Below are positions 1-6,280 of a DNA stretch of 64,000 bases, piece after piece. A program made the position numbers and the translations under genes. The first letter of the stretch is position 1, and every line of letters begins with the position of its first letter. The DNA is from Akkermansia muciniphila (lineage in GTDB: Bacteria; Verrucomicrobiota; Verrucomicrobiia; Verrucomicrobiales; Akkermansiaceae). The notes beneath the pieces are model-generated. The model saw only the letters and a list, made by a program, of their open reading frames with translations. It ran no database searches and was not told the origin of the DNA. The stretch spans positions 21,325 through 85,324 of the forward strand of contig CAMDLP010000002.1 of NCBI GenBank assembly GCA_945901795.1, written 5' to 3'.

Positions 1-372
1 TTCGAAATCGTCGGTTGGAACTCCATCGGACATGAGGAACACCATCGGGCGCCAGTCAGCTTTCTGTGTGGCGCTTGCCTTGACGACGTCCCGTTTCGCG
101 CATTCGGCGACAAGGGAAAGCGCTTCACCCATTGCTGTCACGCCGGTCGCGGCAATATTTGGTGCTTGGAATGACGGGAGATCTGTCAGCGGCACTAGCT
201 CGTGGGCGGATGAATCAAAGGTGATCACGCTGAGATAGGCGGTTTCCAATGCTTGTGGATCCTGACGGAGTGATGAAACAAGCATCTGAACACCGTTCTT
301 AACGGCCTGAATGGGCTCACCGGACATGGAACCGGAGGTATCGAGTACGAGATAGACGGGGAGGCGACGCAT
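1..372 (-). CDS. terY: vWA-domain protein, TerY-like; N-terminal part only, gene runs off the window start
   Basis: Reverse complement from 372 reads MRRLPVYLVLDTSGSMSGEPIQAVKNG...; DxSxS MIDAS motif (DTSGS); directly upstream of TerD paralogs and TerC on the same strand. Not in the ORF track because it has no stop inside the window. Confidence 0.75.
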   Translation of the reverse strand, partial: MRRLPVYLVLDTSGSMSGEPIQAVKNGVQMLVSSLRQDPQALETAYLSVITFDSSAHELVPLTDLPSFQAPNIAATGVTAMGEALSLVAECAKRDVVKASATQKADWRPMVFLMSDGVPTDDFE

Positions 373-384
373 GGTTCTGTGAGG

Positions 385-1023
385 TTAATGTTGGACGTGG
401 GATTTGAGGAGCGGGACGAAACTGTCGAAAGGATGTGCGTCCCCGATGGCGCGGAATTTCCATCCACCGTCCCGGCGATAAACCTCGCCGAAGACCATGG
501 TGCATTGGCCGTCGTAGGCGGATTCCGAACTGAGGGAGTAGCGGGCCATTTCCTTGCCCTTACCATCGACCGCCCGGATATAGGCACTTTCCACCTGGCC
601 GAAGTGCTGTTTTAGCTCGATCCCCTTGTAGATGCAGACTACGAAGAGAATCCGGTGATACTTCGCGGGCATGGTGTTGAGCTTTACGACGATCTGCTCG
701 TCGTCGTTCGCTCCGGTTCCACCCTTGCGTTCATCCCCGCTGTGGGTGACGGCCCCGGTAGGATGCTTCATGCTATTGAAGAAAACAATGTCACCCCCAA
801 CGAGCTTCTCCTTGCCTAGGTCGCGGACTTGCCCGTTTTCATCCAATAGGAAGGCGATGGCATCGAGATCAAATTCCGCGTCATCCTTGGCTCCGAAAAG
901 CCCGCCCAGCAGGCTCTTCTTTTTTTCCCGGACCTTCCAGCCGAGACCAATGGTGATCTGGTCGAGATCGTTGGTGTCCTTGCGCAGATCGATCGTCTGT
1001 CCCTTGGTGAGGTTGATGGCCAT
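385..1023 (-). CDS. TerD-family stress protein (212 aa, longer paralog)
   Basis: MAINLTKGQTIDL start typical of the TerD family; acidic Ca-binding-type motif HSGDERKGGTGANDDEQ; tandem with two other TerD paralogs. Confidence 0.85.
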   Translation of the reverse strand: MAINLTKGQTIDLRKDTNDLDQITIGLGWKVREKKKSLLGGLFGAKDDAEFDLDAIAFLLDENGQVRDLGKEKLVGGDIVFFNSMKHPTGAVTHSGDERKGGTGANDDEQIVVKLNTMPAKYHRILFVVCIYKGIELKQHFGQVESAYIRAVDGKGKEMARYSLSSESAYDGQCTMVFGEVYRRDGGWKFRAIGDAHPFDSFVPLLKSHVQH

Positions 1024-1034
1024 GGCGACTGGTT

Positions 1035-1628
1035 TCAGTTGAACGCCTTGGCGTATTTTTTCACAAATGCATCAAGACCGCCCTGATAGCCGGCACCAAC
1101 CGCTTCGAAGCGCCATGCTTGTCCACGCTTGTAAAGGCGTCCGAACTCGACAGCAGTCTCAACCGAGAAGTCCTCGGCGAGTTCATATTTGCAAATCTCG
1201 TGGTTGTTCGTGGCATCATAGATCCGGATGAACGAGTTCCTCACCTGCCCAAAATTCTGGCGGCGTTCCTCATAATCATGAATCGTCACGGTGAAGATGA
1301 TTTCCTCGACGCGAGGGTCAACGCGGGAAAGATCCACTTCCAAGGTTTCATCATCGCCATCGGAACTTCCACCCGTGCGGTCATCTTCTGCACCGAGAAC
1401 GGCTTTGTCAGGCGAAACGGGCCTGTTGCTAACCGTGTCTTTAGCACTCCCGTAAAAGACGAAGAATCCCTCAGAGAGAATCTGGCCATTCAACCCAAGC
1501 ATGAAAGCGGACGCGTCTAGGTCGAAGTCCTCCCCAGACGGGGTTTCATTCGGATCCCAGCCGAGACCGATTCCAATTTTCTGAAGTCCGATATCGATCC
1601 TTTGCCCCTTGCTTAGATTGATGGCCAT
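1035..1628 (-). CDS. terD: TerD-family tellurium-resistance/stress protein
   Basis: MAINLSKGQRIDI..., GLGWDPNE, GAEDDRTGGSSDGDDETLEVDL, WRFEAVG: canonical TerD signatures. Confidence 0.9.
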   Translation of the reverse strand: MAINLSKGQRIDIGLQKIGIGLGWDPNETPSGEDFDLDASAFMLGLNGQILSEGFFVFYGSAKDTVSNRPVSPDKAVLGAEDDRTGGSSDGDDETLEVDLSRVDPRVEEIIFTVTIHDYEERRQNFGQVRNSFIRIYDATNNHEICKYELAEDFSVETAVEFGRLYKRGQAWRFEAVGAGYQGGLDAFVKKYAKAFN

Positions 1629-1666
1629 AGCTTGTGTTTAGGTGAGTTGCAAATGTGCGATGTAGT

Positions 1667-2221
1667 TTAAGAAAAGCGATCTACCATGGCTTGCAGCCCA
1701 CCTTGATGCCCGCGACCGACCGCCTCGAATTTCCATTGGCCATTCCGACGATAGAGGCGTCCGAATTCGACAACCGATTCAGAGGAGAAGTCTTCGTCAA
1801 GTTCGTACTTGCAGATCTCTTCGTTGGTCGCGGCATTGTAAATGCGAATGAACGATTCGCGGACCTGGCCGAAGTTCTGTTTTCTCTCTGCCGCTTCATG
1901 GATCGTCACCACAACGACAATTTCTGAGATTCTTGAGTCTACTTTGCTCAAATCCGCCATCAGCGTCTCGTCGTCTCCGTCTCCTTCACCAGTCCGGTTG
2001 TCGCCTGTGCTCGAGACCGAAGAATCCATCGACAACGGGTTGTTATAGTACACAATAAAGCCGTTATCTGGAATTCTCCCGTTTTCGGCGAGGAGGAACG
2101 CGCTGGCGTCGAGATCGAATTCATCCCCGGAAGCCTGTTCATTGGGGTTCCAGCCGAGACCAATTCCAACTCGTTGAAGCCCGATATCAATCCGCTGCCC
2201 TTTTGTGAGGTTAATAGCCAT
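1667..2221 (-). CDS. terD: TerD-family tellurium-resistance/stress protein
   Basis: MAINLTKGQRIDIGLQRVGIGLGWNPNE, TGDNRTGEGDGDDETLMADL, WKFEAVG; close paralog of 1035-1628. Confidence 0.9.
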   Translation of the reverse strand: MAINLTKGQRIDIGLQRVGIGLGWNPNEQASGDEFDLDASAFLLAENGRIPDNGFIVYYNNPLSMDSSVSSTGDNRTGEGDGDDETLMADLSKVDSRISEIVVVVTIHEAAERKQNFGQVRESFIRIYNAATNEEICKYELDEDFSSESVVEFGRLYRRNGQWKFEAVGRGHQGGLQAMVDRFS

Positions 2222-2260
2222 GATGGTTTATGTTGGAGTTTGAGGAGATGGTGAAATTGA

Positions 2261-3211
2261 TTAGGCCTCTTCGGGGCTGGGGAATGCCAGCGACCAGAAT
2301 ATGCCGGTGGCAAGTATGGTCGCCACGATCGCCAGGCTCATCACATTCGGAAGGTGAAAGCCGAAGGCGCTTCCGATCAGCTTGCCTGAGACGAAAATGA
2401 GCAGAAAGAGAACTGCTTTCTCCAGCGCCCAGAATTTGTTTTGCGCTGCAATTAAGATGAAATAGAGGCTACGTAACCCAGCTGCCGCCCATAGGCTGGA
2501 AGTAATCATCAGGAATGGATCGCGAACGACGGCGACAATCACAGGCATCGAATCGAATGCAAAAATAACATCGCAGACTTCGATACAGACGAGGCAGAGA
2601 AAGAGCGGCGTGACTCCATTTGAAAAGAATCGCCCGGAACTGATTGAGGGATTCACCCTTGAGAACCGCCGGACGAGATTTACGGACCAGTGCTTGGAGT
2701 AGTCCACTTCGTCATCTTCATCCCCGCTCTTCCACATCTTGAAGACCGTCCAAAGGACCACCATCGCGAATAGGACGAGAACATAAGGACTGAGGTTGAC
2801 GATGAACGCGCCCGCCCCAAGAAAGACGATGCGAAAAAGGATCGCCCCGAGGATTCCCCAGTAGAGAATCCGATGCTGGAGTGGTTGATTGTGCTCAAGG
2901 GTTAGCCCGAAGGATTTGAAAATCAGAAAGAAGGCGAAAAGATTATCGACCGCGAGCGCCTTTTCCAAAACGTATCCTGTGATGTAGAGGCTGGCGGCTT
3001 CCGGGCCACGATCCCAAAAGACAAAGCCCCCAAAAGACAGGGCACACAATATCCAGATTACCGACCAGAGCGCAGCATCGCCCATGCTCACGGCTTTGCC
3101 GCCTCGATGGGCGCGCAGATCGATCCAAATCGCGATGATAAACGGGATCAGGAATGCAAGAATTTGCAGAAGGGTGATTCCGGCGAATGAGTCAAGGGCC
3201 TGTTGGAACAT
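2261..3211 (-). CDS. terC: TerC-family integral membrane protein
   Basis: 316 aa, polytopic; motifs EKALAVDNLFAFFLIF and AFDSMPVIVAV typical of the TerC/Alx family; last gene of the Ter run. Confidence 0.85.
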   Translation of the reverse strand: MFQQALDSFAGITLLQILAFLIPFIIAIWIDLRAHRGGKAVSMGDAALWSVIWILCALSFGGFVFWDRGPEAASLYITGYVLEKALAVDNLFAFFLIFKSFGLTLEHNQPLQHRILYWGILGAILFRIVFLGAGAFIVNLSPYVLVLFAMVVLWTVFKMWKSGDEDDEVDYSKHWSVNLVRRFSRVNPSISSGRFFSNGVTPLFLCLVCIEVCDVIFAFDSMPVIVAVVRDPFLMITSSLWAAAGLRSLYFILIAAQNKFWALEKAVLFLLIFVSGKLIGSAFGFHLPNVMSLAIVATILATGIFWSLAFPSPEEA

Positions 3212-3324
3212 GATTTATGGGATGTTTGATCGAGCGGTTCGGCAAGCTGGACGGCCAGCCGTTGGCTGTTTTCAACTAACTGAGGAAAACGCTAGTCTGT
3301 TGTTTTTAGACAACAAGCTAAAAA

Positions 3325-3645
3325 TTGCTCCAAGCGAGGGACAGCATCTCCCACCTTGGCGGGATGCCTCCTTTTCCCGGATTATCGACACCTGATGGAT
3401 CTCCATCAGGTGATCCGGACTTGGATGTACTCTTGAGATTTGTAGGAATTCTCCGCGAGGCCCGTCGTCAGCAAGGACTAACGCTACGCGACTTAAATGC
3501 AAAAATGGGGATTAATTTCGCACATCTTTCCAGGGCGGAGCGCGGATTGACTCAACCGGGTGTCGTGGTCCTATCACGGTGGTGCCGGGCGTTGGGCCTG
3601 AAATTTGGGGAGGTTTGGCAGCAAGCTTCGGGCGAGGTCGAATAG
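3325..3645 (+). CDS. XRE-family helix-turn-helix transcriptional regulator (true start uncertain; possibly TTG at 3421)
   Basis: [50 protein letters not shown] is a classic HTH_XRE core; divergent from terC. Confidence 0.6.
   Translation: MLQARDSISHLGGMPPFPGLSTPDGSPSGDPDLDVLLRFVGILREARRQQGLTLRDLNAKMGINFAHLSRAERGLTQPGVVVLSRWCRALGLKFGEVWQQASGEVE
3389..3412. promoter_or_regulatory. Perfect 11-bp inverted repeat with 2-nt spacer (CACCTGATGGA tc TCCATCAGGTG); candidate operator
   Basis: Read directly; lies just upstream of the conserved HTH core of the XRE ORF, in the terC/XRE divergent region. Confidence 0.35.
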
Positions 3646-3992
3646 CGGCCCGCATCGTCGGCCCGAAAAAAGCCCGCGAGATCTGGTATCTCTGCCGCCA
3701 ATACGACGCCCAGCAGGCGCTCGACATGGGGTTGGTGAACACCGTCGTCCCGCTCGCCGATCTCGAAAAGGAAACCCTCCAGTGGTGCCGTGAAATGCTC
3801 GCGCACTCGCCGCTCGCCCTGCGTTGTTTGAAGTCCGCCCTCAACGCCGACTGCGACGGCCAGATAGGCCTGCTCGACCTAGCGGGAAACGCCACCCTCC
3901 TCTACTACATGAGCGAGGAAGGCCGCGAAGGGAAACAAGCCTTCCTCGAAAAACGTCCACCGGATTTCACGAAATTCCCGCGCGTGCCGTGA
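3645..3992 (+). pseudogene. menB: menB (1,4-dihydroxy-2-naphthoyl-CoA synthase) 3' remnant, about the last 115 codons only
   Basis: [106 protein letters not shown] matches the MenB C-terminus nearly residue for residue. Similarity stops abruptly at about 3645, where the XRE stop codon (3643-3645) sits. Confidence 0.8.
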
Positions 3993-4076
3993 ACAGACCG
4001 GGCTCTATCTTTGCGGGTTTGCGATCCATCGCCGCGCGATTAAGCTCCCACGTGGAAATCCCCGCCCGACTGAAGC

Positions 4077-4649
4077 TTGAACTGCGCGACGGCACGCCCG
4101 TCATCGTTCCGGCCGTTGATTCCGGAAGACCGGCCCGAGCTGGCGGAGGCATACCGGCGCTTGTCACCGGACGCCCGTTACAACCGGTTCTGGAGCCACA
4201 CCGGCGAAGTCGTCGGGGACAAGATGCTCGACCGGGTGCTCCGGCAGAATCCCGAAAATCACGTGACGTGGACCGTGCTCGATCCCAGCCGTGAATTCAG
4301 TCCGCTCGGTGGCGCGAGCTGGTGGCGCGACATGAATCATCCCGCCGAAGTGGAAATCTCCTTCATCGTTCTCGACGAGGAACAGGGCCGCAGCATCGGC
4401 ACCCTGCTGCTCGCGCTCATGTGGCTCACCGCCTTCCGCGCCGGCGCGGAATCCATCGTCGGCTACGTGCTCGCGGAAAACCGCCAGGCCGCGGGCTGGA
4501 TGCGCGACTGCGGCGCCACCGGCGAGTGGGATGGCTACAAGCTGATCTACCGCTGGAATCTGAGCGACCTCGACGCCCTTCCCGAAACCCGCGCCGCCGC
4601 CGAACTCCCGGTCTGGCTGGCCAAGCTGGGCCCGAAACTTCTCGGTTGA
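4077..4649 (+). CDS. GNAT-family N-acetyltransferase (Pat-like GNAT domain); N-terminus possibly frameshifted
   Basis: RPLIPEDRPELAEAYRRLSPDARYNRFWS... and SIGTLLLALM are GNAT-like; the expected preceding LRDGTPVIV motif is in the -1 neighbouring frame (see findings). Confidence 0.7.
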   Translation: MNCATARPSSFRPLIPEDRPELAEAYRRLSPDARYNRFWSHTGEVVGDKMLDRVLRQNPENHVTWTVLDPSREFSPLGGASWWRDMNHPAEVEISFIVLDEEQGRSIGTLLLALMWLTAFRAGAESIVGYVLAENRQAAGWMRDCGATGEWDGYKLIYRWNLSDLDALPETRAAAELPVWLAKLGPKLLG

Positions 4650-4852
4650 AATCTCATGATACCGTCCGTCTTCCCGGTGCTCTTTCGCATAGACCAGCGC
4701 AAGACAGACGATGCAACTAACCGCCACTCCCGGCTGAGACGGCCGGGAAAGCATTCCGTCGCCCGCCGAGCTTGCGCCGACGCAGGCAAGCTGAGAGATT
4801 CCCCGCATTGGAAACGGTTTGGAAAAACGATTTGCCCGAGGGCTTCGACCCG

Positions 4853-5746
4853 ATGACGGCCAAGGAGCTGCGGCAGAGCTTGCGACGCGGCAGCTTCGTC
4901 TATCCGTTTCTGGGCATCCAGTTGTTCGCCGTGGTCGCGATGGCTGCGGAATTTCAACTCGGCCACGCCGCGGAGAGCTCGGAATACACCGGCGCGCTCA
5001 ACCTCTGGCTGCTCGCGAGCTCCGGCCCGTTCTGGATGGTCGTTGCCGCGATCTGTCTTCTCATCATACCGATGAGCGGCGTGATCCTGATGGGCCAGGA
5101 GCTTGAGGAGGGAAATCACGAACTGCTCCTGCTCACCAAACTGGACCGCTGGAAAATCGTGACCGGGAAATTCATCACGCTGTGGGGGCTGTGCGCGCTG
5201 ACCTTCGTTTCCCTGCTGCCTTACGTGGTCGTGCGCTACATGGTCGGCGGGATCGAGTGGTGGCATGAGGCGGCTTGCGCGGGAACAGTGTTAGGCGGCT
5301 CCGCCATGATCAGCGCGGGCGCCATCGGCGCGTCGGCATTCAAAAGAACCGGCGTGCGGGTGGCGGTGCTGGCGCTTTTTCTCGCCTCAATGGTGGCGGG
5401 CTGCGCCGCGCCGCTGCTAGGGATCGGCGCGCAAAGCGGCCGCTGCGGCTGGATCTATCATTTCACCGCGCTCGCGGCGGTGGTCTGCTACACGCTGATG
5501 GGACTTGCGCTTGCCCGCTCGCGCCTGCGGTTGGCGATCATGGCTTACGAGGTGCAGCCTAGCGGAATGATCATCGGCCTGCTGGTGTTCGCGCCGTTCG
5601 TCATCGGACTGGTGACGGCGGTCACGGTCGGCTGGGGCGGAGCCCTCGGCCTGATCGGCACGGCCATCGTCGCCGTGCGGATGGACGTGACGCCGAAAGC
5701 GCCGCAATGGATGCCGCCGCCACCACCGGACCTGCCGGCTGGTTAG
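4853..5746 (+). CDS. ABC-2-type permease-like membrane protein, orphan (no ATPase partner)
   Basis: MTAKELRQSLRRGSF..., ELEEGNHELLLLTKLDRWKIVTGKFITLWG resembles the E-x-E-x-GT-x-ELL/GKF signature of ABC-2 permeases; at least 6 hydrophobic segments. Confidence 0.55.
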   Translation: MTAKELRQSLRRGSFVYPFLGIQLFAVVAMAAEFQLGHAAESSEYTGALNLWLLASSGPFWMVVAAICLLIIPMSGVILMGQELEEGNHELLLLTKLDRWKIVTGKFITLWGLCALTFVSLLPYVVVRYMVGGIEWWHEAACAGTVLGGSAMISAGAIGASAFKRTGVRVAVLALFLASMVAGCAAPLLGIGAQSGRCGWIYHFTALAAVVCYTLMGLALARSRLRLAIMAYEVQPSGMIIGLLVFAPFVIGLVTAVTVGWGGALGLIGTAIVAVRMDVTPKAPQWMPPPPPDLPAG

Positions 5747-5801
5747 AGCTTGTCTGCGAAATTGGGGTTCGTTGGATGCGTCCGATTCGTGGCGGCCCTG
5801 G

Positions 5802-6146
5802 TCATAGGCCCGAGGGAAATAGTTTCCGGCATTGGGCTAAAGCCAGTTGCTGGTCTTCCAGCCAGCGTGAGTCGCAGAAGCAGTTGAAAAACCGGCCCGC
5901 GCGCTGGCGGGCGTCGCGGAGGGACGCGCCCTCGTCATCGTCGAGCACGATGTCCGGGTGGGCGGCGAGGATTTCCCGGATCAGCGCGACCGCCTCGGCA
6001 TGGGGAATCCGCCCGGCCCCGCCCGCGACGTCGGCCAGTCGTTCCGCGCAATCGACGTATATGGCAGCCGATGGCCGGGTCAGTGGGCGGAAAAAATCCC
6101 GTGAGACGGAGGCAAGGAGCTTTTCACTGAGATTCGGCGGGGACAT
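5802..6146 (-). CDS. Hypothetical protein, 114 aa, possibly the 5' fragment of a longer gene
   Basis: ORF with GC-rich third positions; divergent from the AEP-helicase gene (134-bp spacer); no family recognised. Confidence 0.4.
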   Translation of the reverse strand: MSPPNLSEKLLASVSRDFFRPLTRPSAAIYVDCAERLADVAGGAGRIPHAEAVALIREILAAHPDIVLDDDEGASLRDARQRAGRFFNCFCDSRWLEDQQLALAQCRKLFPSGL

Positions 6147-6280
6147 GCGGTGGGCGGCGGTCTAGGGTTCCTGCTTGCGGCAACCCAAGCGCGAAATCCC
6201 CAGCCGGCCGGAAATTGAAGTGGCATTCCGCTCCCGGCACCACGCCTCGACATGCCGTGATCGAGATGGGAAGCTAGCGC

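Noticed and set aside
3212-3330. Mn-sensing yybP-ykoY riboswitch upstream of terC
   Set aside because: TerC-family genes are often preceded by this riboswitch, but I could not find the conserved GGGGAGUAG / UUGACA-type cores in the minus-strand leader. Only small generic hairpins are present. A covariance-model scan would settle this.
3824-4294. 156-aa ORF overlapping the menB remnant and the GNAT start
   Set aside because: It is mostly Arg/Pro-rich out-of-frame sequence. Only its short LKLELRDGTPVIV stretch is meaningful, and the proposed GNAT frameshift explains that stretch.
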